DNA from: an uncultured virus (IMG/VR IMGVR_UViG_3300011612_000001)
Taxonomy: Duplodnaviria; Heunggongvirae; Uroviricota; Caudoviricetes
Direction: 5' to 3' (one strand)
Virus record (IMG/VR): IMGVR_UViG_3300011612_000001
Coordinates: 45,697-65,696 of that record
Length of the DNA stretch: 20,000 nucleotides
Under the pieces are notes generated by a model. The model was not told the origin of the DNA, did not search any database, and was given only the letters and a program-made list of their open reading frames with translations. This document shows, piece by piece, positions 1 through 7,384 of this stretch. Position numbers and translations under genes: made by a program. The stretch's first letter is position 1. The number at the start of each line of letters is the position of its first letter.

Positions 1-186
1 ATCCCGACCTTCGGCGAAAACGTACCCGTCACCATCCGAATCCACCCGACCAGTACACCCATATACCAAACTGCCGCCCCCGGCCCGCTGGATTGTCATT
101 TCTGCGCCGCAGATATGGCATTTTGGCGCGTTCTGCTCCTGATATCGTTCGCGCAGTTGCGCCAGTTGTTCTGCTGTCATGGTCAT
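1..186 (-). CDS. Ead/Ea22-like protein, N-terminal part (runs off the window)
   Basis: Own translation from ATG 186 (ATGA overlap with the upstream ORF): MTMTAEQLAQLRERYQEQNAPKCHICGAEMTIQRAGGGSLVYGCTG...; LRERY..PKCHICGAEMTIQR is typical of the Ead/Ea22 family. Confidence 0.75.
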   Translation of the reverse strand, partial: MTMTAEQLAQLRERYQEQNAPKCHICGAEMTIQRAGGGSLVYGCTGRVDSDGDGYVFAEGRD

Positions 187-395
187 GCGGCACCACCTTT
201 TTCCATAGTTTCGCGAATCTCTTTGATGAGCTCCTCGGCGTCTACCTCAAACCGCTTTAATGTCCGACAGCCGCCAACTTTTGCACCAGAAATGCGAGTG
301 CCAAAACTATCGTTAGAGACACAAAGAGATAGTCCACCATCCTGGTTGTGGCTGATTTCGATATAAACGTTACCTGGCTTTAATTGTTCGATCAT
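183..395 (-). CDS. Phage hypothetical protein (70 aa)
   Basis: ATGA-coupled at both ends in the pL operon. Confidence 0.75.
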   Translation of the reverse strand: MIEQLKPGNVYIEISHNQDGGLSLCVSNDSFGTRISGAKVGGCRTLKRFEVDAEELIKEIRETMEKGGAA

Positions 396-1087
396 ACCTG
401 GCTCCCGCGAAGCTGTGCTGCATGGGCGCGGAGCATGCTGATAGCGTGATGCGCCGGCGCAAAGCGCTCCATCATCGTCAAAATGACATTGATCGCGTCA
501 TCAACACCCACCGCCCGCTGTTCGTTCACCCATGCGTCCGTTGCGGGGGTGGGTTCCTGCGGCGATACGGCAATACGAATGGTTTCCAGTGCCGGGTCTG
601 TTTCAACAGTCGGCACCTGGATATAACCAAACTGTACTCCGTTCATGATGAACGTGCGGCGGTCTTCACATATCGCCTTCAGCGCCGCATTCTCTGCTGC
701 AATTTCTGTCAGTCGTTTATTCGACTGCTCCATGCCATGCTTGTAACATTCGGCGTCAATCTTGCTTTGCTTCAGTTCAGCCGCCAGCGCGTTAATGCGC
801 TCCACCAGATCAACCGGTGCGACGTCATCGGCATCCTGCCCGAACCCAAGTGCCTGACGAACGGCGCGAGACTCTGCCATGCGTTGGTCTGCCTCACCGG
901 CAGGCATTGAATAGCGAGCCAGTTCAGCCGCCAGCGCATCACTACGCGCACTCTGCACGTCCAGCGCCGATGCAAGCTCGGTCAGCAAATTAGCCACGCT
1001 GCGCACGTCGATCGCGCCGCACTCCGCTTTTAACTCAGACGCCAGATCATGCCCGGCGCGCGCCAGGCTCTTATTGTTATCTGTCAT
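392..1087 (-). CDS. Ea/Eae-like coiled-coil early protein (231 aa)
   Basis: AAGGAG RBS; coiled-coil LAAEN-type repeats and TPATDAW..EQRA.GV motif typical of lambdoid Eae/Ead-region proteins. Confidence 0.7.
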   Translation of the reverse strand: MTDNNKSLARAGHDLASELKAECGAIDVRSVANLLTELASALDVQSARSDALAAELARYSMPAGEADQRMAESRAVRQALGFGQDADDVAPVDLVERINALAAELKQSKIDAECYKHGMEQSNKRLTEIAAENAALKAICEDRRTFIMNGVQFGYIQVPTVETDPALETIRIAVSPQEPTPATDAWVNEQRAVGVDDAINVILTMMERFAPAHHAISMLRAHAAQLRGSQV

Positions 1088-1248
1088 TTCCGCGCTCCTT
1101 TAATCATCAGGCTGATGTAGCGGTTATCATCCGGGCCGGGAAAACTGTGGCGTTTGAGTAACTCCGATTTGTCTGGCATTGGCTTTACTCTGTGGCGGGC
1201 TACTAATTCGTTAGGGGATATATCAGGGTTGTAGGATTGACCAATCAT
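1084..1248 (-). CDS. DUF2737-like small phage protein (54 aa)
   Basis: Own translation MIGQSYNPDISPNELVARHRVKPMPDKSELLKRHSFPGPDDNRYISLMIKGARK; ATGA overlaps at both ends; YNP..RVKPMP..ELLKR.SFP motif. Confidence 0.75.
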   Translation of the reverse strand: MIGQSYNPDISPNELVARHRVKPMPDKSELLKRHSFPGPDDNRYISLMIKGARK

Positions 1249-1544
1249 GATGAGTAACCTTCTTTAAGCCGGTAAACGACGCCTCCAAGCGCCCCGTCTC
1301 CCCATGGCTCCTTATCCAGTTGGTCCATGATGGTCTTGAGTGTTACCGGGTGGATGATGTGATACTGGTATTCCAGTAGCGTTGACCAGCCTGCGTAATA
1401 GGGGTCTATTTCGTTCAGAGACATTTCGTAAATACCGGAGCCGGATGCCACGTCCGTAAGGTCACCCATCCATCTCCATGACTCTGTAATATGGTTGCGG
1501 CTATCCCGCCGTAGGCAGGCCAATACCTGCTGAGGTGTGAGCAT
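1245..1544 (-). CDS. Phage hypothetical protein (99 aa)
   Basis: GGAG RBS; translationally coupled to the next gene. Confidence 0.75.
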   Translation of the reverse strand: MLTPQQVLACLRRDSRNHITESWRWMGDLTDVASGSGIYEMSLNEIDPYYAGWSTLLEYQYHIIHPVTLKTIMDQLDKEPWGDGALGGVVYRLKEGYSS

Positions 1545-1564
1545 TTTTGACTCCGGTTATTTAT

Positions 1565-2008
1565 TTAGACTGCGTGTATAGCGTGGCGAGGGAAGGGGAG
1601 TCCGACAGGTGCAAATGGGATGTCATCATCGAAATCCATAGGCGGCTCGCTGGATTGAGACTGGTTGTTTTGCTGTGTTCGTTGCGACTGATTGTCGCTT
1701 CTTGGCGGAAGGTCAATATCCCGAACGAGAATGGTTGGTGTCTGAACTTTTTCACCGTTATCCCTGGTCCATTCTTCGATGGTAAACTCGCCAACAACCG
1801 TTACTTTTGAACCTTTGTGCAGAAACCCGGTTAATTTCTCTGCCATCACCCCAAACATTTTGCATTGCAGCCAGGCTGTTCTGGCATTTTCACCGAAACC
1901 TGACTTCGCGGGGATCGAAAATGTCGCAATATGCTTTCCGTTTGGTGTGACACGCAGGACGGCATCCTTGCCTAAATTCCCGCTTACCACGATATTATTA
2001 ATTGCCAT
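1565..2008 (-). CDS. ssb: Single-stranded DNA-binding protein with a C-terminal extension
   Basis: OB-fold start INNIVVSGNLGKD, KGSKVTVVG, Gln/Asn-rich linker, DFDDDIPF motif followed by 15 extra residues. Confidence 0.95.
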   Translation of the reverse strand: MAINNIVVSGNLGKDAVLRVTPNGKHIATFSIPAKSGFGENARTAWLQCKMFGVMAEKLTGFLHKGSKVTVVGEFTIEEWTRDNGEKVQTPTILVRDIDLPPRSDNQSQRTQQNNQSQSSEPPMDFDDDIPFAPVGLPFPRHAIHAV

Positions 2009-2616
2009 TACGCTGTTTCTCCTTCGAGTTCATCTTTGCGAATCTGATACACGTCCTGTGCTTTTTGCTGCTCCTCTGTTCCTTCCAGCATCTTCCATGC
2101 TTTAGCGAAAGTTTGTTTAAGCTCCTCAACCGTGTTTTTACGGGAAGCCGCATCTGCGAAGGCAGTGAGGATTTGATTAGGGGTAGGGGATGGCTTAACT
2201 TGTTTCTGAGAGGCTGAATTCTGTTGGTGTTTATGCTCATCAGTATCAGCGTCTTTAGCGTCATCAATGCCGAATAATCCATTCAGGCAGTATTTGCGAG
2301 CGTAAGAGCTTGTAGCTCCAGTAACCTGAGCTGAGTCCATTCCCTTCTTGCTTTCTTCTTCTCTTGCCATAGCGCTTGCTGAGTGGCTGTTTACGCCATC
2401 AGTAATTGTTGCCGTGGCTTTGACATAATATCTGTCACCAATCAGCACAACCTCATCAGTGATTGAGAGAAAAAGACCATTCAGCAGGGGCTTCACGCCT
2501 TCAAGAATGTCCTCACAGCTTCGGTATTTATATTTTCCGAAATTGTTGTACTGATTCTTTGGTGCGTTGAGGTGCGCCTGAATATCGGCTAATTTGGCGT
2601 AGAATTCTTTGCTCAC
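2008..2616 (-). CDS. erf: ERF-family single-strand annealing recombinase
   Basis: APKNQYNNFGKYKYRSCEDIL and AQVTGATSSYARKYCLNGLFGI ERF motifs; GTG start with GAGG RBS; adjacent to ssb. Confidence 0.92.
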   Translation of the reverse strand: MSKEFYAKLADIQAHLNAPKNQYNNFGKYKYRSCEDILEGVKPLLNGLFLSITDEVVLIGDRYYVKATATITDGVNSHSASAMAREEESKKGMDSAQVTGATSSYARKYCLNGLFGIDDAKDADTDEHKHQQNSASQKQVKPSPTPNQILTAFADAASRKNTVEELKQTFAKAWKMLEGTEEQQKAQDVYQIRKDELEGETA

Positions 2617-2626
2617 AGCAATATCC

Positions 2627-3097
2627 TCATTTTATGAATGCCCACGCAAGACCACTTTTAATTCGATGGGCATGACCCCTACTGATTCCAAACTTTTTAG
2701 CTAATTGCCCACATGAGAGTGTCGAGTCCTTAATTTCTTGCACTTTGGTTTCTGAAAGCTTGCAGCGTCCATTTCGCGTACCTTTTGCTTGTCTGTTCCT
2801 TTCAACCATGTCCTGCGAGTTGTCTTTACAACTACCTAAGATAAGATGGTCCGGATTAATACATAACTTGTTGTCACATGTATGCCTGACAACCATTCCG
2901 TCCGGTATTTCTCCCTTAAAGACCATATAGGATGCCCTGTTGGCCCTTAGGTTTTTGTAGTTCAATCTGATCTGTCCATATCCACTGGATGCCACCGATT
3001 TATTCCAAACCCAGCACTCTCCAACTTTTTTAAATCCAGCAAGAAGCCTGTCCTCCAGTGATTTCGATTTTCTAGGTAGAGTTTTTTTCCCTTCCAT
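2627..3097 (-). CDS. Free-standing HNH homing endonuclease with C-terminal HTH
   Basis: CWVW...GYG...RANRASY...VVRHTCDNKLCINPDHL..G...DN signature. Confidence 0.9.
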   Translation of the reverse strand: MEGKKTLPRKSKSLEDRLLAGFKKVGECWVWNKSVASSGYGQIRLNYKNLRANRASYMVFKGEIPDGMVVRHTCDNKLCINPDHLILGSCKDNSQDMVERNRQAKGTRNGRCKLSETKVQEIKDSTLSCGQLAKKFGISRGHAHRIKSGLAWAFIK

Positions 3098-3105
3098 TTT
3101 TCACC

Positions 3106-3288
3106 TCAGAATGGCATTTCATCGCCAAGGAAATCGCACTTGTTAATCCGCTCAACGCGGGCCATATCCAGACAGTGGCGCTTCATTTGTTTATTGCCAT
3201 CCTTGCGCCAGTAAAGAGCCTCGATAACGTGGTATTTCCGCTTCAGCCGGCTAAGCTCCGGTGTTCTTGCTGGAGTTACGGGGATCAT
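3106..3288 (-). CDS. Small basic protein with acidic C-terminus DEMPF (60 aa)
   Basis: AAGGAGGA RBS; ATGA overlap with the upstream ORF. Confidence 0.75.
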   Translation of the reverse strand: MIPVTPARTPELSRLKRKYHVIEALYWRKDGNKQMKRHCLDMARVERINKCDFLGDEMPF

Positions 3289-3389
3289 GATTCCTCCTTT
3301 TCTGGCTCGGGTGATTTCTCTGGTGCGTCAAGGTCTTTCATCAGGCGAATGAGCGCATCGTCTGACCAGTCTTTAACAGGCGTATTCAT
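3285..3389 (-). CDS. Small acidic protein (34 aa) at the position of P22 arf
   Basis: Own translation MNTPVKDWSDDALIRLMKDLDAPEKSPEPEKEES; GGAG RBS; ATGA overlaps with kil and with the next gene. Confidence 0.6.
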   Translation of the reverse strand: MNTPVKDWSDDALIRLMKDLDAPEKSPEPEKEES

Positions 3390-3529
3390 TTCTTTCTCCG
3401 GTACCACGGAATATTCACCGCTTTGCGAATTTGCTCGTAGGCCGACATCCACATAACGCCGTCACCCAAATAACGGGCAATAACGGCTTTGTTCTGGGCT
3501 GCTTTAAGTGCAGCGTGGTTTATTTGCAT
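3386..3529 (-). CDS. kil: Kil host cell-division inhibitor (47 aa)
   Basis: Own translation MQINHAALKAAQNKAVIARYLGDGVMWMSAYEQIRKAVNIPWYRRKK; AAQNK.VIAR..GD motif; overlaps the cIII end; GAGG RBS. Confidence 0.85.
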   Translation of the reverse strand: MQINHAALKAAQNKAVIARYLGDGVMWMSAYEQIRKAVNIPWYRRKK

Positions 3530-3648
3530 AACGACCTCAACTGGCACATTGCGGCGCGGATAAGCTGGCGAACTTTGCGGTGTAATTCAGATTCAGGCGG
3601 GTAATAAGCGGACATGACGCCGCTTCCCGCGAGGCTAAGGTGCATCAT
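3520..3648 (-). CDS. cIII: CIII, FtsH protease inhibitor (42 aa)
   Basis: MMHLSLAGSGVMSAYYPPESELHRKVRQLIRAA closely resembles P22/HK-type CIII; AAGGAA RBS puts the start at 3648, not 3759. Confidence 0.9.
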   Translation of the reverse strand: MMHLSLAGSGVMSAYYPPESELHRKVRQLIRAAMCQLRSLCK

Positions 3649-3711
3649 GGGTAGGTTCCTTTGGTTGTGTGATTGCATAACTAAGCCGCCTCGGCGAGGC
3701 GACTGAGGTAT

Positions 3712-3733
3712 GAAAAACCCGCCGTAGCGGGTT
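3712..3733 (-). terminator. Intrinsic terminator in the pL operon
   Basis: AACCCGC-TACG-GCGGGTT followed by a T-run on the minus strand. Confidence 0.8.
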
Positions 3734-3992
3734 AAATGTCTGTAAGTTGGTAGTCGCAAATCATCTCACAACCACTTTTGTCGTCTTCATCTCGGGGGCG
3801 TAGCCCTACCTGCTGAGAATCCTGCTTAATCTCACCCCAGCAGACCTGACCAACTTCATCCGGCCAACCGTCAGCCGCCTCCCCACGGTAGTAATCAATA
3901 GCTTCTTCAGCCGCTGCCTTCGCCTCTTCGGCTGTCTTATACGTTTCGAACCCGTTATCCGGGTCAAACATGAAAAATCTGTAAACTTCCAT
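3732..3992 (-). CDS. Acidic phage hypothetical protein (~86 aa)
   Basis: Likely ATG 3992 after GAGGGTAAGGGT; MEVYRFFMFDPDNGFETY... Confidence 0.7.
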   Translation of the reverse strand: MEVYRFFMFDPDNGFETYKTAEEAKAAAEEAIDYYRGEAADGWPDEVGQVCWGEIKQDSQQVGLRPRDEDDKSGCEMICDYQLTDI

Positions 3993-4075
3993 ACCCTTAC
4001 CCTCTGTAGTTACCCGATTATTCGGGATTGTTTGCATGTGGCTAATGGCTGATTAACCATTACTCAGATGCAGCT

Positions 4076-4102
4076 AAAAAAATGCCCGACATTAAGCCGG
4101 GC
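4076..4102 (-). terminator. Intrinsic terminator
   Basis: GCCCGGC-TTAAT-GTCGGGC then ATTTTTTT on the minus strand. Confidence 0.8.
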
Positions 4103-4256
4103 AAATAAACATCAAGGGATGATTTCTCAATCTAACCAGACAGGTCTTCGTCTCCTGACTGATTACGAGCGATATTGCTCGGTGTATCCACTCAGAAGAA
4201 TGAATACACAGCGCTTAATCGATATTTTCTATCACTCACCTCTGTTAACGTTGCTA

Positions 4257-4281
4257 ATAAAAAAGGCCGCCTAAGCGACCT
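4257..4281 (-). terminator. tL1-like terminator
   Basis: AGGTCGC-TTAG-GCGGCCT-TTTTT on the minus strand. Confidence 0.8.
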
Positions 4282-4438
4282 GAGACTCCCATTTGCGGGC
4301 ATTACATCGGTTCATCCATGCCAGCTTTACGTATAAGCCGTGACTTACACCATCACGCACTGCCGCCCTGCATTTTTCGCGATAATGCCGGTAATCCTCG
4401 CGGCATTCATTGGCAAATTCAGACGCCGTACCTTTCAT
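4271..4438 (-). CDS. Small hypothetical protein downstream of N (55 aa)
   Basis: Own translation MKGTASEFANECREDYRHYREKCRAAVRDGVSHGLYVKLAWMNRCNARKWESQVA; GAGG RBS overlapping the N stop; stop codon lies in the terminator loop. Confidence 0.65.
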   Translation of the reverse strand: MKGTASEFANECREDYRHYREKCRAAVRDGVSHGLYVKLAWMNRCNARKWESQVA

Positions 4439-4441
4439 CAG

Positions 4442-4714
4442 CTACCTCGCTGTAACATTATTTGATTTACGATATCCCGCGCTGTACATCGCTACTTCTG
4501 GCAGGCAGCATGAGCCTTCATAGCGCTGAACCTGTGAAGTGATAGTCACCACCTCAGCCCGCATTGTTGGCTTGCGCTTGCACTGCAACTCAACACGCGC
4601 CGGCGTAGGGCGATGCATCACTTCTGAGCTGATAGCGGCTTCACTCTGAAGGTGAGCACGGCGCTCACGTCTACGAGCTGCCGACGAACCGTTAAATGCT
4701 GTTCTGCGTGACAT
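4442..4714 (-). CDS. N: N-type antitermination protein
   Basis: Arginine-rich motif ARRRERR, C-terminal CLPEVAMYSAGYRKS..VTAR as in the P22 gp24 family; first gene after pL/nutL; AGGAGG RBS. Confidence 0.92.
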   Translation of the reverse strand: MSRRTAFNGSSAARRRERRAHLQSEAAISSEVMHRPTPARVELQCKRKPTMRAEVVTITSQVQRYEGSCCLPEVAMYSAGYRKSNNVTAR

Positions 4715-4732
4715 AGATACCTCCTGAGTGAA

Positions 4733-4803
4733 CTTTGGTGATGCGATGCCAGGCGCTTATCTTCTGGTTGTCTCGATGGACTGCAATTCGTCGCATCCCA
4801 AAG
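4733..4803 (-). promoter_or_regulatory. Long N-leader stem (RNase III site analogue)
   Basis: CTTTGGTGATGCGATG (4733-4748) pairs with CGTCGCATCCCAAAG (4789-4803), between nutL and the N RBS as in lambda. Confidence 0.65.
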
Positions 4804-4822
4804 CACACGCTTTGGTACTAAT

Positions 4823-4870
4823 TGGCTTTGCAGCCACGTAGGTGAATCCATCACCGTTGTAGAAAGAGCG
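4823..4870 (-). promoter_or_regulatory. nutL (boxA - spacer hairpin - boxB)
   Basis: CGCTCTTTCTACAAC-GGTGATGGATTCACC-TACG-TGGCTGCAAAGCCA; parallels nutR. Confidence 0.85.
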
Positions 4871-4912
4871 TGTCATCCGTTTCGTTTTCGCCAGCGTCCT
4901 GCTGATGAAATC

Positions 4913-4983
4913 AGTATACGCATCGTAAACTTTATTGCAATACGATATGTATACTTTTTTGATGCATTGAATACGTATTGTTG
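4913..4983 (-). promoter_or_regulatory. pL promoter and OL operators
   Basis: TTGCAA (4935-4940)-16 bp-TATACT (4913-4918), then lambda-like +1 ATCAGCAGGACGC; ATACG-N3-(C/T)GTAT operators at 4916-4928 and 4940-4952, weak third at 4971-4983. Confidence 0.85.
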
Positions 4984-5069
4984 ATTTGTATGGATATTTA
5001 TTTTTGTAAATGCCTTATCAATCCACCTGTGATAGCTTGTGATGGTCAAAATCTGATCGAGGAAAGGCT

Positions 5070-5279
5070 ATGAATCTGGACGAGGATCGCGTGAACATGA
5101 TGGTTGCAGCTATGGGGCGGGCGATTATGGAGCTATCTATCGCCAATCAGCCGATAACTCAGGAAGCTGTCGTTGAAAAGCTGGAGCAGTATCGAAAAGA
5201 GACGGGGAACGTGATTGGGAAAGGTGTTAACAGGGATGCAGCGGAGATAGTGCGAAAGGGAAGTGCTGCGATTGACTAA
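5070..5279 (+). CDS. Small helical hypothetical protein (69 aa), convergent on bstA
   Basis: GAGG RBS, AT-rich upstream region, followed by a terminator. Confidence 0.75.
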   Translation: MNLDEDRVNMMVAAMGRAIMELSIANQPITQEAVVEKLEQYRKETGNVIGKGVNRDAAEIVRKGSAAID

Positions 5280-5286
5280 TGGGCAA

Positions 5287-5314
5287 TAAAAAACCCGGCA
5301 CGCTGGCCGGGTTA
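5287..5314. terminator. Terminator between convergent genes (stronger for bstA)
   Basis: AAAAAA-CCCGGC-ACGCTG-GCCGGG-TT. Confidence 0.8.
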
Positions 5315-5316
5315 TA

Positions 5317-6237
5317 TTAATGTGTTTTAGGTAGCTGGGGTCTCATAACTGCTTCTATTATTCTTTCTGCGTCGATCTGTGGCAATGCCCCTTCTGCCGA
5401 TTTCTTAACAAGGTAGTTACCCAGTCTATTTGGTATATAGTCAATTTGCATCCACCTGCGGAATTCACCCAATGCATCATCAGGGTAAATCCACGCCTCT
5501 ACAGCACCAGCTTTATGTTGAGGAAACCAATCTGGATAGACGTGAGGGTGCTTGGTTCTAGCGCCATATTTAGCATCAAAATCGCTTTTAACCCAATGTT
5601 TTGACCACATAGTCCCGACGCTGATATCTGGTATTGCTGATGGCCCAAAATCGAAATTACGCTTAACCATTTTTAAGGATAGGTCTGCCATTTCTCGAAA
5701 AACTGAAAAGTATCCAAATGGCACTTGATCATTCATAAGCAGGCGCTCATGGAAGCACTCTAGGGCTCCCCTCTGAGGGTTGTCTGGATCAATACCAACA
5801 CTTAGATAAATAAACCTTCTTAACTGTGATCCGGCTAACTTTCTAAAATTGTCTTGAGCGGTCTCTTGGCCTAAATGATTTGCCTCAAAAGCGTAATACT
5901 CAAGAATTGCCATGCAGACAGAATCAGGGAATATATTTGCCTCGGTTCCCTGGATGATACCCTTGGTATAAAGATACTGAAGATTGAGGCCGTTTTTCTT
6001 AAGTAGGGCATCTACAATCTGGCCTCTTGGCTTTGTCCTCTCCTCCTGCCAATTCGATGTAAATCGCAGAAGAGGAGCGTGGTCAACGCCACACAACCTA
6101 GCTAAACCGCGGAGAGTTAAGAATGGTGAACCGTCATTCATCACCCCCATTTGAACACCATCAATATCGGCTTCCTTGACTGGGTATAGCTCAAGGTTAA
6201 TCTGTTGCCCTGATAGAACCAAATCTAGATTATCCAT
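5317..6237 (-). CDS. bstA: BstA-family abortive-infection phage defence protein (KilA-N-like N-terminus, 306 aa)
   Basis: Motifs MGVMNDGSPFLT.RGLA..CGV, VCMAILEYYAF, GYFSVFREM, PDISVG, KHPHVYPDWFPQ.KAG, YP..ALGEFRRW match my recollection of Salmonella BTP1 BstA; same size and same position directly downstream of cI. Confidence 0.9.
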   Translation of the reverse strand: MDNLDLVLSGQQINLELYPVKEADIDGVQMGVMNDGSPFLTLRGLARLCGVDHAPLLRFTSNWQEERTKPRGQIVDALLKKNGLNLQYLYTKGIIQGTEANIFPDSVCMAILEYYAFEANHLGQETAQDNFRKLAGSQLRRFIYLSVGIDPDNPQRGALECFHERLLMNDQVPFGYFSVFREMADLSLKMVKRNFDFGPSAIPDISVGTMWSKHWVKSDFDAKYGARTKHPHVYPDWFPQHKAGAVEAWIYPDDALGEFRRWMQIDYIPNRLGNYLVKKSAEGALPQIDAERIIEAVMRPQLPKTH

Positions 6238-6282
6238 ATGAATTAATTACCTTTTAATGTGGTGCCCAAATGCGCTTTTTCA

Positions 6283-6948
6283 CTACTCAAAGATATCCTC
6301 AGGCCACTGCGCCTTAACCACCTTGCCGATGATGCGGCAATTCTCGTTACAAGGAATGCTCTCATAGCGCGGGCTAGGGTTAAGCGGTTCCAGCCAGTGC
6401 TTACCATCATCCCAGGTGTATTTCTTGAATGTGACCTCGGAGTCGCCAAACACGCCTGCGACGCAGAAATCTCCGGCATCCACCTCTTCAGCCGGGTCTA
6501 CCAAGATAAGCATTCCTTCCGGGAAGCTGGGGCGCATTCCCTGCGGTGCGGTCATAGAGTGACCCTTCACCTCAAGCCAGAATGCGTCTTTGCTGGCCTT
6601 CTTAGTCGTTGCTACCCACGCCTTTGCATCATTTTCTGTAAACGATCCAACTTCTGAGAACGCTCCAGCCGGAACAGAAGTAAACAGGGGGTATTCATAC
6701 TGCCTGGATAAAACAGGCTCTTGCTCATTCTCACCAACGGTAAACGTGCCATCTGAATTGAATGAGGCATCTTTTACGCCGAGATATTTAAAAATGGCTC
6801 CGATTTCTTGCAGGGTTGGATTGCGGCGTCCATTCAGCCAATGACTAACAGCACCCTTGGTTACACCAATGTGCTCAGCCAGTTTTTCTTGGTTCAAACC
6901 AAGCGCATCAATCCTTTGCTTTGCGATATCGTACCAGTTCATTTTCAT
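6283..6948 (-). CDS. cI: CI repressor (XRE HTH plus S24 autopeptidase, 221 aa)
   Basis: [30 protein letters not shown] cleavage site; V.GHSM and TFKK catalytic motifs; start MKMNW at 6948, leaderless from pRM. Confidence 0.95.
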   Translation of the reverse strand: MKMNWYDIAKQRIDALGLNQEKLAEHIGVTKGAVSHWLNGRRNPTLQEIGAIFKYLGVKDASFNSDGTFTVGENEQEPVLSRQYEYPLFTSVPAGAFSEVGSFTENDAKAWVATTKKASKDAFWLEVKGHSMTAPQGMRPSFPEGMLILVDPAEEVDAGDFCVAGVFGDSEVTFKKYTWDDGKHWLEPLNPSPRYESIPCNENCRIIGKVVKAQWPEDIFE

Positions 6949-6954
6949 CCTTAA

Positions 6955-7031
6955 ATTATACGATTCGTATCCTTTTAATCGAGGCACAATTCGTATATTG
7001 TTCTTGCAGGTTTGAATACGATATGTATACT
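6955..7031. promoter_or_regulatory. OR region: pRM, pR and three operators
   Basis: pRM -10 TATAAT (6955-6960, minus) 6 nt before the cI ATG; pR TTGCAG (7004-7009)-16 bp-TATACT (7026-7031); operators at 6958-6970, 6984-6996 and 7016-7028, the last identical to OL 4940-4952. Confidence 0.85.
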
Positions 7032-7051
7032 TAGAGGCAAGGAGGGCCCCT

Positions 7052-7261
7052 ATGAACAACATTCGCACTTTCCGTGAGCGCGTTGGGCTAACGCAGTCTG
7101 ATTTAGCAAAGATGGTTGGTTGCACACGCGGTGCAATTTGCCATTACGAAACCGGGCGGCGTGGAATGGATATCGATCTATGCCGAACTTTTATCTCTGC
7201 TTTCAAAAAACACGGCGTAGAAGTTTCTCTGGATGATCTTTTCCCGCCAAAAGCCGCCTAA
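7052..7261 (+). CDS. cro: Cro repressor
   Basis: Small HTH protein ([24 protein letters not shown]) divergent from cI; AAGGAGG RBS. Confidence 0.92.
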   Translation: MNNIRTFRERVGLTQSDLAKMVGCTRGAICHYETGRRGMDIDLCRTFISAFKKHGVEVSLDDLFPPKAA

Positions 7262-7268
7262 GCATCAC

Positions 7269-7314
7269 CGCTCTTTTCACAACGGACATGACGTCCTACG
7301 TCGCTGCAAAGCGA
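7269..7314 (+). promoter_or_regulatory. nutR (boxA - spacer hairpin - boxB)
   Basis: CGCTCTTTTCACAAC-GGACATGACGTCC-TACG-TCGCTGCAAAGCGA directly after cro. Confidence 0.85.
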
Positions 7315-7384
7315 ATCCCAAATCAATAAACAACTATGCGTCACCCGTTATGGGTGTGCGCTCATTAACTATTCACTAAAGGGA

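Noticed and set aside
422..910. Long antisense and alternate-frame ORFs (also 1779-2105, 6259-6657, 10373-10756, 13690-14100, 18643-18978, 18954-19283)
   Set aside because: Shadows of well-supported genes, with no RBS or recognisable motifs
3649..3759. 79-aa version of cIII
   Set aside because: The extension crosses a terminator; RBS and homology point to ATG 3648
6949..7125. N-terminal extension of the cI ORF to 280 aa
   Set aside because: It would run through OR and overlap cro; the HTH starts right after ATG 6948, which fits leaderless pRM translation
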